Positions 32,001 to 41,109 of a stretch of 64,000 nt of DNA are shown piece after piece. Source of the stretch: Patescibacteria group bacterium (GTDB lineage: Bacteria > Patescibacteriota > Patescibacteriia > 2-12-FULL-60-25); contig JBAZZT010000004.1 of the NCBI GenBank assembly GCA_041658705.1, positions 30,758-94,757 of the forward strand, written 5' to 3'. Each line of letters opens with the position of its first letter. The first letter of the stretch is position 1. The position numbers and the translations under genes are program-made. The notes beneath the pieces were generated by a model. The model saw nothing but the letters and a program-made list of their open reading frames with translations. It was not told where the DNA came from and ran no database searches.

Positions 32001-35000
32001 CACAGGCAACCCCACTGATCCGCAGAATGATTCCGCTGACGACACCGCGGCTTCCTTCGTGCCGAGCAAAGCCCAAGCTTGCAGCGCCGACGAAGCGGGT
32101 TGCGAAGAGCTGACTAATCTTGAAGCTTCGGCGCAAGGTGGCGAATCAAAACTTTTCTTGAGCTATGCGCGGGCTTGTAGCAAACCGGGTGACGATGCCA
32201 AGACCTTCTTCACCTGGGAGGGTTCGGAGGAGACGGGTTATCAATTGCGCACCTGGAGTTTAGTCAAAGAGCTTAACGCGGAGGGTCCGAAAATCCTGCT
32301 CAAAGCCGGTCCGGACGGCGTGCTCAAGGATCCGCAAGCCTGCACTGCCGCGACGTGGTCAGCCAAGACCGATTTGGATTGTCGTCAATTCTACGACGAG
32401 ACGGGCAAGGACTATTACCGTTATTATTCGCAAACCATCATCTCGAGCGTGGACTGCCGCGATTACCGCAAGAACAATTCGACTTCGGACGATTGCACCA
32501 AGACGAGCGGCGACCCGAATAACTACAATCCGACCAACAAAGCCTGCATCTATCACGTGCTGGCGAGCTTGAGCAACCAGTGCAAGGAAACCAACGCGGG
32601 CTGTCGCGGCTACCTGGGCACGACCGGGCGCAACACCGCGACCGTGTTGCACGAGACTTTCGCCGCCGCGACAAGCTCGCTTTTCTACGCGCCGAACAAT
32701 CAAAAGATCAAGATTTCAAACGAGGCGTTGCTGGTCGGCGATCATTCGCTGCAGATCCAAGCCAGCGACGCCAGCGTGGATTTCACTTCAGCCACCGGCA
32801 GCTTGTACACCGTGAGCTTCTGGCTCAAGACGACCAAAGCGGGGAGTGCACCGGCCAGCTTGAAACTGGGCAACACGGTCGTGGGTACGTTCAGCCTGGT
32901 GCCCGACTGGAAACGCTTCGAGGTCGGACCGTTCAAGGCCGTCGGCACCAAATCAAAGTTGACTTGGAGCGGTTTGCCCGATCCGTCCTACCTGGACGAA
33001 GTCGCGGTGGTCCGTTTGCAGGACGTGGTTTACGTCAAAAAAGATTCGTGGGTCATCCCGCCCGAGTGCGACCAGACTGCCGAAGGCATCCCGCAGCCGC
33101 GCGCCATGTTGGGCTGCCGTGAATACAAGAATCGCGCGGGCAAAGTCGAGGACGTGCGGCAATTTTCGCGCCTGTGCCGCTACGCCAGCATCGGCTGTAC
33201 CGCTTACGTCGACACACGCAACTCCGACAGTCCCTATGCCGAGACTTTCAAGCTCACCGGGCTGAACGTGCCGGATCCGAACAATCCCGCGAGCAAACTG
33301 TGGGATACGCTGTACGCGGGCGATTCAGTCGTCACTCGGCTGGCGGACCGCTATGTCTATGCGGTCGACGAGCCGGGCGTGCATTGCGCCGCCGACCAAG
33401 CTTCGTGCCGCGCGTTCGGCAAACCCACCTTCGATCCCACGGGTGCGCCATCCAGCACCTTCGAGACGGTTTATCTCAAAGACGACATCACGCAATATAT
33501 GGATGCGGGCGGCGAACCCAAGGCCTTGTGCCGACCCAAGGAACTTTTCTGCGATAAATTCACCAGCGGACAAGTCACCTCGTATTTTCGCGATCCGCTG
33601 AATCACGTCTGCGAATGGCAAGATAAAGTGGCGCTCAATAAATTCCCTGGACTGCCCGACGGCGAATATTCCGGTTGGTTCGTGATCGGCGCCGCAGTAC
33701 CCACGCCGTGTTATCCCGAAAAGATCTCGAGCGGCAATACCTTTTTGAGCGAATATTCCGGCACGCCTAATTACCGTGGTTGGACGGACACTTGCCCGGT
33801 CGAACAGTCGGAGTGCACCGAATATCGCGATTCCAACGATCACACCGACCTGGAACACCCGCAGGGCAAACCGTATTATTTCGTCGACAACAACCGGCTG
33901 GATAAAGCTTCGTGCCAAGGCAAAGTAGATCTGCTTTCCGGCTGCGTGCTGTTCCGCGACATGAACGACAGCCGCCTGACCTACAGCACCGACGCGACCT
34001 ATGCCAAGTCGCACGCGGACGGCGACGTATCCGTCGCACCAATCAATTGCAGTACCGATGCTGACAATCCGGCTTGCCAAAAAGTCGGATACTGCGTTAA
34101 CCAAAGATTCAAGATCTGGAGCAATACGAAGCAAGCCTACACGGGAGAGTCGTCGGACATGACGCAAATCCAAGAAACCAAGAAGCATATAAATGATAAA
34201 TGTACGACCGACAAAGATTGTTCGGTGACGGCGTCGGCCGTCGGTCCGTTGGCTGACGAATATCGTATTACCGGAACTTGCCAAGCCAATGACTCCAACC
34301 TGCTCGTCAAGGTAAAACTCGATCGCGATTGCCAGACCTGGCTCGGTTGCGCCAGCGGCGAGACCGTCTACGATCCGGTGCAGCAGAAGTACAAAGATTT
34401 ATGTACCGAACTCGCGACGTGCGACAAGGCGGGCGGGACGGGCAACCAATTCTGCTCGCATTACGTAGACCGTGTCAGCGCGCCGTCCGGCGTCGGTTTT
34501 CAGGAAAAAGTCATGCGTCAGGGCGCCTTCGTGGATTCCACGCTCTACGCTTCGCGTTCGGTCGGCTTCGGCGATCCGGATTATTCCAGCTTCAGCTTGC
34601 CGTACCATTTCCAAATCGCCGATCTGCAGAACCGGGCCGTGGGCTTTGAGCTCCTCGCGAACCATGCCGGTAAGGTGCGCAACAGTTACTCCGACGACTT
34701 CCGCCTGACCGCGGCCGTGCCCTTGGCGTTTGGCGGTTTTAACGCCCTCGATCCCTATGCCGCGGACATCATCAAAGACAATTTATATCCTTACCTAAAC
34801 CTGTGCCGCCATCGCCAGACCAAGGCCGTGGGTTATTATTTGGCCGACCCTGGGGATACGGCTATCCCGCGCAAACCAACGGAAAAAGTACCGCGCTGTT
34901 ATTTGGCGATTGACCGACCATATACCCAAGTCGCCTCCGACCTCCAAGGTTCGGGCGTCAACCCGCGCAACGCGCAGAATTTGGCTGATGTGTTCGAGCA

Positions 35001-38000
35001 GTCGGGCAACGTCAAGGCCAACCAACAACTTACCCAAGCCTTCCCTAATTCAGAATGCCGCTCATATCCCGAGACCAATTCTCCGTTCGACGCGCGCTTC
35101 GTCAAAGATTGGAATCTGGATGCCGAACCGCCCACGCCGCTGAATCTCGTCGAAGGTTACGCTGGCGTGCCGACTTGTGAGTACGGCGAAAATTGCGATT
35201 GCAGCTATCAAAAAGTCAATTACGCCAACCGTTCCAAATATTACGCGGCGTACGGCGCATCTTTCCCGCCCGGCGTGTGCCAGGGCGGTGATAAGGACGG
35301 GCAGGCTTGTCGTCCCAACGAGGGAAGCGGAGCCGTTGCGCTCACTCTTGCGCCGACGAGCACCGCAGGCGGCAGTGAAATCCCGGACATGAACCTGTGC
35401 ACCGGCGGCGGCTCTTGCGTGCCTGTGCAATCCTACAGCTTGATCCGTGGCATCGCCGGACAATGTTTGCAGCGCGACAATGCGCGCACCCTGGGCGGCG
35501 CCAAGGAATACAATCCTTGCTTGGTGTGGAATCCCGCGCCGGTGTTGTTCGGCAAAGATGACATCTACCATTATTATCCGACGGCCGGCTATCTGCCGCC
35601 TGCCGAATCAGGGGAGTACTACTGCGTCTCGGATGCGCGCGAGCCCCGCAGCTTCAAAACCAGCGTGGAAAACAACATCATGGGTTGGAATTGGTTCGAT
35701 AAAGATAATCCGCTGGTCTTGATCCAGAAAAATCTTGATACCTCCATCATCGCCGAACCACCGGGCAAGATGACGGCATTCTGGTTCGATGAATGTTTCA
35801 GCATGGATCCGGGCGGCGCCTCGGACAGCGACCTGCCCTTAGGTTGGTCCGGCATGCCCGGGTTTACGGGCAGCGGCAACGACGACGACTTCTACGAAAG
35901 AGCTTGTGGCTGGGGACACGCCTCGATCGACGGGACCAACGCGCGCGGCACGGATTCCGGAGCGAGTTGCGCTTGGGTCAGGACGCAGAATTCCGGCGCC
36001 AACATGGCGGCTGATTTTACGGCCGGCCGTTGGGTGACGACCGGACAGGGCGTGAGCCGGAACTACGCGGAATATTTCGTGCCCATCAATGGCAAGTATT
36101 GGGCCAAGTGGCTTTTGCAAAGCAAGACGGATCCGGGGGAAGTCGACATCAAGAACGCGCTGCTCGAAAAGAATTTCAGCTATTTCGACTTCAAGCCGCT
36201 CTACAAGACGGGCGCCGGCGGCGGAGCGTGCTCCTTGAGCGGCTGGTGGGCGGATGAGTTCCCGTTGGAGGGGACTGCCGCCGGCGTGGACAAGGGGCAG
36301 AACCAACTGATCAAGAACATCATGGCCGAGTGGAGCAAACTGACGTCGCAAAAATCCGATTTCGTGCGCAACCAAAAAGGCGAGCTCATCAAACTGCCGT
36401 GCTTATACAACGACAAGAACACGCAGGATGAGTCGGCCGACGATTATTGCTACTACAAATTCTGGCAAGCGGATTTTCGTGGCCAAGGCGCCAAAAAATT
36501 CCAGATGATGGATGATGACTTCGGCGGCGCGCACAAACTTTCCGCCCCGGACGTGCTCTACATGGAATCAGACGGTTCCAAGCCGTTCTTCTCGATCCGC
36601 GCCATGTTTGAGGACGCTTCGCTGACGGACAACGCCATCAAGGAAGAGGACATCAAAGGCAACAGCGGCAAACTGGGCGGCCCCTTCCGCTTCGTGGGTT
36701 GGTGGGTCACGGCCTCGTTCCCCGGCGCCAGCAACAACCGCTACATCTACATGACGCTCGATATCGGCCACGCCGACATCTGCAAAGAGGTGGCGCGCGT
36801 CAGGTCCTCGGTCAACGGCGACAGCGTGGCGTTCACGGATCGCGTTTGGGACGGATCAGGCTTTAGCCTGCCGCTCCTGGGTTATCTGTACGGCGAGACG
36901 AATGCACCGTTCGGTTCGGCGCGGCACACACGTGAGATCGGCATGGAGCCGCTGTTCCAAGTCAAAGACAAGAAAGTCGCCGCCAACTTCCGCATGAGCG
37001 TGGCGAAGCCGACTTTCATTTCCGCCGGCGCCAAATTTTTCCGCTTGGGTGAGTTGCCCAAAGCCAATTGGGCCTGGCTCTCCAACCTGTTCGCCAAAAT
37101 CTACAACGTCTACCGCTATTACGATTTGCCCGTCGACAAGTCCTCCTACGCCTGCGTGAGCGGGCCGCAGTTCGGCAAACGCTGCTCGCCGGATCCGCTT
37201 TCGAGCCAAAGCACCTGCGGCTGGCAGGGCACCTGCAACCCGACCCTGCTCCAAGTGGATGCGGGAAGCGCTTTCTGCAACTCGCTGTCCGGAGTGAACG
37301 CCGGCCAAGCCTGCGGCGCCGGCGGAGGCAGCGGACTCGGCAGCTATCATGTATGCCACGCTGCGCCTTTGCGTAACGTTGGCGGACAGCTCGCGCCGCA
37401 ATATGCGCCGTGCCAGGTGGATTCCGCGCTGTGGAGCACTAATAATGATCATTATACCTACACAGGCACGGCCAGTTCCGATCCGTTCAATGCTGTGACC
37501 GTGCAACATTGCATAGACGCCAAATCCACAAACTGCATTAACCTCACGCGAGCCACGGCGGCCCAGGCCGGAGCCTTCAAGTGCGCCAACAACGCCGTGC
37601 ATTTCCCCGACGGAACCCGCGCCTGGTGCCGCAAACCCAGCGGCGGCAATGCTTCGACGGATTGTCCGATTGAAGTGCACGGTGATTGCGATGGCACGGC
37701 AGGGCATTGCGCACCCGGCTGGCGCGACGGAACGTACCAGGCTCAAACCGGAGGATACGAATACGTCAAATGCAGCAATAAGGATTCGGATTCCGCATGT
37801 TCATTCACCTGGCAGAACTGGTGGTACAACGATATGAAGAGGGCTTCGGGTTTTCCTGAAAAGCCCATGCCTTACCCGGATGAACACGCCATCGTTGCAC
37901 AAGTGCAACACGCTGAAGGCGCGTTCTTCAACGTCCAAGTCGATCCCATCAACGGCAGTTACCCGATCAACACCAACTATCCGGTGAACGGTTGGGTGCC

Positions 38001-39963
38001 TGACCCGGCCACGGCCGCCAACATAAAGATCGAAGGCAACCTGTGGTGGATGGGCGGGGATTGGGGCGCTTGGGGTCAAATCGGCGATACCAACGGCGCT
38101 GATCCGGGCAAGGATATCGGCAGCAAGAATTTGGCCGGCGCCAGATATCTTGACCGGGCCGATTGGCAGGGCCTCAACAGATTCCCCGGAGCTTTCGTCT
38201 TCGCCGTGTCGGGGCAATATCTGTCCTGCAACGGTCCTGGCGATTGCGGAACTAAGCAATGGAGCGAGATGTACATCCCGGGACACTGCGAAGCGTTGCC
38301 CGTCGATTATCACGAGTGCGCAAATATCAAGAAACATGCTGATGCCATGGGGGAGGTGAAGGACTATAACAACGACGGTAAAAATGAGTGCCCGAACACC
38401 CCAGACATTCCGAATTATTCCTTGGTGACGGCCCAGCAATGGGGCGGAGGTCAGATTACCCTAACGAGATGGCACGGTGATAGCGCATCCAAGCTTGGTA
38501 TCTGCGAAGGCGGCGGGAATGAGGGCGGTTTCTGCACGGACAGCAAGGATTGCAAGCCGCTGTGGGTGGGCGGTAAGGAAACAGTCGAGTCGATGGAGTA
38601 TTGCAAGTCCGTGTCGAAAACTGACGGCACTCCGAACTCCGGCGCGTTCGGTGGCACGGCCTGGAGCTGTTTAGCCGATACCGGGGACCCTAACTCGAAC
38701 AACCCTGACCTTGACAACAACAGCTGTACCCATGGCGCCGGATATCAGAAGAGACCCGATGTGTGCGGCTTGGATCCCAATCGCGCCGATTGCCTGACCG
38801 GCATCTTGGAACGGGATACGGTCTCACCGCCGTCTTATGACCAAGCCCAAAGGACGCCGCCGACTGACGTGACCGCCGGCCTGTTCACGCCGTCTTACAT
38901 CGCGAAGTTCAACAATAATAACGACACGAGTTTGGCGCGGAATTATTCCTACATGGCTTACTACGCGCCGCGGCCGCCGCAGATCGCGGCACCTGACACC
39001 TCGCGCCAATGCCCTGGCCCGGGACAATGCCCCATCGCGCAAGTCGGCGCTTTCAGCCTGGACGGTACAAGCGAGGGCAAAGTGGCGTATGTCGGCGGGC
39101 AAGCCTTGTCTACGATTCGTTTCTACGGCTGGGCCGCGGACGATCAAGCCGGCCTCAAGGATCTGATCGTCGATTGGGGAGATGGACATCGCCAGCAGTA
39201 TCGCGACGTGCAGATGAAGAACAAAAAACCGTTCTGCGGCAGCACCAGGGAATGCGAATTCACGCCCGGCCTAAGCTGCACCACGGATCGCGATTGTCCG
39301 CCTTCGGCCGGCCGTTGCATCGAAGCTGGATTCTGCCAGAGCCAGCCTGCCCAACGCTGCCACCAGGACGCGGATTGCACGGCTCCGGGCGCAGCAGCGG
39401 AGGACAAGTGCGTGACTAGGCTCACCTTCGGCAACAGCGATGAGGATTGCGAGCAAAATTATTTCGAATTCACTCACGTCTACTCGTGTCCGCAGGTCAA
39501 TAATTTGGAGGCGTGCGGCGCGACATCGAGGTGCTCCGGCGACAATGACCGACCCTGCGCCGCCAACAATCCTTGCGCGCCGGGCGATCAATGCGTGGCT
39601 GGTTTGGCCAAGAGCGGCGGTTGCTTTGACAGCCAATTCTCATCTTGCCGCTTTACCCCCAAAGTTTATCTCAAGGATAATTGGGGTTGGTGCGCGGGCG
39701 AGTGCCGTAACGAAATCGCAGGCGGCAAACTCTCGGGCGGATTCGGAACCACCAACAAAGCGCTTTTGCCCAACGGCGGTTGCTACGGCGGTACGGATAT
39801 CTATCAAAACAGCGACGCCAAAGCGCTGCGGCCAGTCGGGACCGATGCGGCGAACAAGAATGTCTACGACATGTGTGACCCAGATAAATTCGTCGGACAG
39901 AAGACCAGTTATCGACCCTGGGTCGTATTCAAAGGCGCGCTGCAGTTGGGGGTAGGGAAGTAG
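29077..39963 (+). CDS. Giant secreted / cell-surface Cys-rich protein (3628 aa)
   Basis: Uninterrupted 10.9-kb ORF with an N-terminal signal/anchor FVLGGLTLVLALGTVIVAYP. About 138 Cys by hand count. Recurrent C-x5-6-C-x2-3-aromatic units. Two CBM/jelly-roll-like segments (NLVRNGSFED..LDDVQLEE; YTVSFWLKT..YLDEVAVVRL). PKD-like VDWGDGH near the C-terminus. Confidence 0.9.
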   Translation: MLPAWLSKNKNKFVLGGLTLVLALGTVIVAYPKKAEASLLQADPNAAIAARAQLCGYVTGAGTSPGATSIIGLMPECHYYEIYKAKVDMIQSTIQFGVVRALLGALQYGTQMIAQQTAQWILEGAHGKPSFWTMNWGEFLANVGEDAVNRFIGELDKTMQGWGLGSLCTPMSLNMRLALYIKPIVPQAFQGCDWAKMKGAFNQTKNTFSPTEIAANLRKSVQPGGNQIDMMLKVNSEILVNKEAAEKWYEKQRIETRGFKSITDLISGKIKTPAEVVDETVRQSNVVKLQHDVTTADINALAMAAFWAGFEQLPQVAASQFLNTLAVGALQKFFTWIFGGMTGGDETWYNLDLSDPFAQRSAQPKTDALQKAFSDMIIPDLFTNKDEDFVFEMTSCVEGSRSYWGCSMDEGLAQALRASAESGAYTVARAAGIGGTGASEYLHKDWELIPESEVKDNQDSGCYQRAYCASNLAKLRFARIIPLGWELAANSPFNVKANGRYVTLGQVVAGFNSCNAQGQVDAEHPWCHLINPAWVLTAPPFKCQLKGYGTTLAAPDTPMRQQECSDLVSCLKRDDKGKCLGQYGSCLSEKTVWRFGADSCDQKFVSCRTYQSRATGAHQGQNVSYIRNTIDYGSCNQDNVGCLYYATTRDVTTTSTERWVATTLEVKNKKGALAGYDIRQMPRVYFDATVQACDASSDGCTKVQRVNPGSPAFNLVRNGSFEDNLDNLPDKLVAWFDDNDNPVGQKPFNPATGPAYQSGQASYYNATTHQPVTLYPYRPYVLSFYARADGGAAPDVQVFLDLYQAPNKPVVTTGPAVYRSSNCSKKTQTSVGLSSFKPGNDWQRYTCEFSSNPDVRLGVLKISVKNAALDDVQLEEADRATDYIDGAADNLPVEHIKLPPEELGCKGDAKTDRKECADYALMCQATEAGCQGWSDAGDASGIEIPAIVSPLDRCPKSCVGYAEYRKLPSAFDLVNTGNPTDPQNDSADDTAASFVPSKAQACSADEAGCEELTNLEASAQGGESKLFLSYARACSKPGDDAKTFFTWEGSEETGYQLRTWSLVKELNAEGPKILLKAGPDGVLKDPQACTAATWSAKTDLDCRQFYDETGKDYYRYYSQTIISSVDCRDYRKNNSTSDDCTKTSGDPNNYNPTNKACIYHVLASLSNQCKETNAGCRGYLGTTGRNTATVLHETFAAATSSLFYAPNNQKIKISNEALLVGDHSLQIQASDASVDFTSATGSLYTVSFWLKTTKAGSAPASLKLGNTVVGTFSLVPDWKRFEVGPFKAVGTKSKLTWSGLPDPSYLDEVAVVRLQDVVYVKKDSWVIPPECDQTAEGIPQPRAMLGCREYKNRAGKVEDVRQFSRLCRYASIGCTAYVDTRNSDSPYAETFKLTGLNVPDPNNPASKLWDTLYAGDSVVTRLADRYVYAVDEPGVHCAADQASCRAFGKPTFDPTGAPSSTFETVYLKDDITQYMDAGGEPKALCRPKELFCDKFTSGQVTSYFRDPLNHVCEWQDKVALNKFPGLPDGEYSGWFVIGAAVPTPCYPEKISSGNTFLSEYSGTPNYRGWTDTCPVEQSECTEYRDSNDHTDLEHPQGKPYYFVDNNRLDKASCQGKVDLLSGCVLFRDMNDSRLTYSTDATYAKSHADGDVSVAPINCSTDADNPACQKVGYCVNQRFKIWSNTKQAYTGESSDMTQIQETKKHINDKCTTDKDCSVTASAVGPLADEYRITGTCQANDSNLLVKVKLDRDCQTWLGCASGETVYDPVQQKYKDLCTELATCDKAGGTGNQFCSHYVDRVSAPSGVGFQEKVMRQGAFVDSTLYASRSVGFGDPDYSSFSLPYHFQIADLQNRAVGFELLANHAGKVRNSYSDDFRLTAAVPLAFGGFNALDPYAADIIKDNLYPYLNLCRHRQTKAVGYYLADPGDTAIPRKPTEKVPRCYLAIDRPYTQVASDLQGSGVNPRNAQNLADVFEQSGNVKANQQLTQAFPNSECRSYPETNSPFDARFVKDWNLDAEPPTPLNLVEGYAGVPTCEYGENCDCSYQKVNYANRSKYYAAYGASFPPGVCQGGDKDGQACRPNEGSGAVALTLAPTSTAGGSEIPDMNLCTGGGSCVPVQSYSLIRGIAGQCLQRDNARTLGGAKEYNPCLVWNPAPVLFGKDDIYHYYPTAGYLPPAESGEYYCVSDAREPRSFKTSVENNIMGWNWFDKDNPLVLIQKNLDTSIIAEPPGKMTAFWFDECFSMDPGGASDSDLPLGWSGMPGFTGSGNDDDFYERACGWGHASIDGTNARGTDSGASCAWVRTQNSGANMAADFTAGRWVTTGQGVSRNYAEYFVPINGKYWAKWLLQSKTDPGEVDIKNALLEKNFSYFDFKPLYKTGAGGGACSLSGWWADEFPLEGTAAGVDKGQNQLIKNIMAEWSKLTSQKSDFVRNQKGELIKLPCLYNDKNTQDESADDYCYYKFWQADFRGQGAKKFQMMDDDFGGAHKLSAPDVLYMESDGSKPFFSIRAMFEDASLTDNAIKEEDIKGNSGKLGGPFRFVGWWVTASFPGASNNRYIYMTLDIGHADICKEVARVRSSVNGDSVAFTDRVWDGSGFSLPLLGYLYGETNAPFGSARHTREIGMEPLFQVKDKKVAANFRMSVAKPTFISAGAKFFRLGELPKANWAWLSNLFAKIYNVYRYYDLPVDKSSYACVSGPQFGKRCSPDPLSSQSTCGWQGTCNPTLLQVDAGSAFCNSLSGVNAGQACGAGGGSGLGSYHVCHAAPLRNVGGQLAPQYAPCQVDSALWSTNNDHYTYTGTASSDPFNAVTVQHCIDAKSTNCINLTRATAAQAGAFKCANNAVHFPDGTRAWCRKPSGGNASTDCPIEVHGDCDGTAGHCAPGWRDGTYQAQTGGYEYVKCSNKDSDSACSFTWQNWWYNDMKRASGFPEKPMPYPDEHAIVAQVQHAEGAFFNVQVDPINGSYPINTNYPVNGWVPDPATAANIKIEGNLWWMGGDWGAWGQIGDTNGADPGKDIGSKNLAGARYLDRADWQGLNRFPGAFVFAVSGQYLSCNGPGDCGTKQWSEMYIPGHCEALPVDYHECANIKKHADAMGEVKDYNNDGKNECPNTPDIPNYSLVTAQQWGGGQITLTRWHGDSASKLGICEGGGNEGGFCTDSKDCKPLWVGGKETVESMEYCKSVSKTDGTPNSGAFGGTAWSCLADTGDPNSNNPDLDNNSCTHGAGYQKRPDVCGLDPNRADCLTGILERDTVSPPSYDQAQRTPPTDVTAGLFTPSYIAKFNNNNDTSLARNYSYMAYYAPRPPQIAAPDTSRQCPGPGQCPIAQVGAFSLDGTSEGKVAYVGGQALSTIRFYGWAADDQAGLKDLIVDWGDGHRQQYRDVQMKNKKPFCGSTRECEFTPGLSCTTDRDCPPSAGRCIEAGFCQSQPAQRCHQDADCTAPGAAAEDKCVTRLTFGNSDEDCEQNYFEFTHVYSCPQVNNLEACGATSRCSGDNDRPCAANNPCAPGDQCVAGLAKSGGCFDSQFSSCRFTPKVYLKDNWGWCAGECRNEIAGGKLSGGFGTTNKALLPNGGCYGGTDIYQNSDAKALRPVGTDAANKNVYDMCDPDKFVGQKTSYRPWVVFKGALQLGVGK

Positions 39964-40000
39964 GGGCGCATGCCATGCGCCCGGCCGGTAGAGGGTAGCC
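39960..40000. repeat. REP-like palindrome overlapping the giant-gene stop codon, plus a GGTAGAGGGTAGCC word
   Basis: g TAG gggcgcatgccatgcgccc ggccggtagagggtagcc. Confidence 0.8.
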
Positions 40001-40011
40001 CGGAAAATGAA

Positions 40012-40112
40012 TTGTCATCCTGAGCGAAGCGCTAGCGAAGTCGAAGGACCTTTATCAGCCATCGGTTCAGACCAGCGCTTAAAAAGGTCCTTCGACAAGC
40101 TCAGGACGACAA
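40012..40112. repeat. TGTCATCCTGAGC..GAAGGACC family inverted-repeat element
   Basis: ttgtcatcctgagcgaagcgctagcgaagtcgaaggaccttt .. aaaaaggtccttcgacaagctcaggacgacaa. Confidence 0.8.
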
Positions 40113-40152
40113 ATAAAAAAAGAGCCCTCTTCGGAGTCGAAGAGGGTTTTTC
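40113..40152. terminator. Bidirectional rho-independent terminator
   Basis: A-run, then ccctcttcg gagt cgaagaggg, then ttttt. Lies between convergent genes. Confidence 0.7.
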
Positions 40153-40154
40153 TG

Positions 40155-40970
40155 TCAGGCAATCCGCGGCTTAAGTCCGCCTTGCAGGATGCGCAGGTGC
40201 GGCACGTCGCGGTGGCTGGAGAGGAGATGGAGCGTGCGCAAAGTCACGAAGTGGCTGGTCAGGAGATCTCCTTGCGAACCCCGTCGCGCATAATCTTGAA
40301 GCGCCAGCTTGATCCAACGTTCGACTTCGAGCGTGCCCTTGAACTCTTTCGAGCGGAGCAGATCCAGGGCGGCCGCGCCCAGCGGGGGCGGAGTCGAACC
40401 GTCGGGCAGGGTGAGCCGTTGGTGCATGGCGCGGATAAGATCCGTGTGGTCATTTTTTCGCTCTGACCAACTGGGCCAGTCCAGGGCCGGCGCCACGCAA
40501 ATTTCACGGAGTTCGGGCGACAGCTTGGGCGAGTTGTCGTTGTGCGCCGGAAAAGGATCGAGGCGGCAGGCGACCAGCATGAACGGGAAATCCTCACGCC
40601 ATTCCGCGAGCTCACGTTGGATGTCGCTCGGGATGTCGTCGCCACGCATGAAGAGCAACGACTTGCCTCGCACTTTGCGCAGCATGGCGGCGTCTGGATA
40701 TCTGTCGTCGATGATGATGGATCCGTTGCTTCCGCGTTGGCGGGCCAGTTGCACGAACAGGCTTTTGAGCTCCAGCCGTTCCAGATCAGGGATCTTGAGT
40801 GCCACGACCCAGCCGGCTTGGGCGCGGGAAAGCACTCCGGCGAGCAAGAGCTTCATGGCCGCACTTTTGCGCACTAGAGGAAAAAGCGTTTGAACCGTCC
40901 GTGCTTTTTTTCCAGCCATATCGCACCAGGTGAAAAGAGCCTTGTCCCGGATCCGCCGGGCCGGCGCCAT
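40155..40970 (-). CDS. Hypothetical protein (271 aa), possibly a degenerate AAA+/sigma54-activator-like domain without a Walker A motif
   Basis: Layout SLLFMRGDDIP..LVAC..WSERKNDHTDLIRAMHQRL..AALDLLRSKEFKGTLEVERWI loosely follows the GTLFLDEI..RxIAAT..LRERxEDI..WPGNVREL order. No GxxGxGK motif. The family call is weak. Confidence 0.5.
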   Translation of the reverse strand: MAPARRIRDKALFTWCDMAGKKARTVQTLFPLVRKSAAMKLLLAGVLSRAQAGWVVALKIPDLERLELKSLFVQLARQRGSNGSIIIDDRYPDAAMLRKVRGKSLLFMRGDDIPSDIQRELAEWREDFPFMLVACRLDPFPAHNDNSPKLSPELREICVAPALDWPSWSERKNDHTDLIRAMHQRLTLPDGSTPPPLGAAALDLLRSKEFKGTLEVERWIKLALQDYARRGSQGDLLTSHFVTLRTLHLLSSHRDVPHLRILQGGLKPRIA

Positions 40971-41109
40971 CGGTTAGAAAGCTAAGTGATATTAAGAGAA
41001 ATAAGCGGGAAAGTCAATACAGCTAGCTTGTTTTTCTCACCCGTATTGCTCCCCGACTCAATCTACCTGTAGACTACCCCATGAACACCCCCGCTCTCGA
41101 AATTAAACC

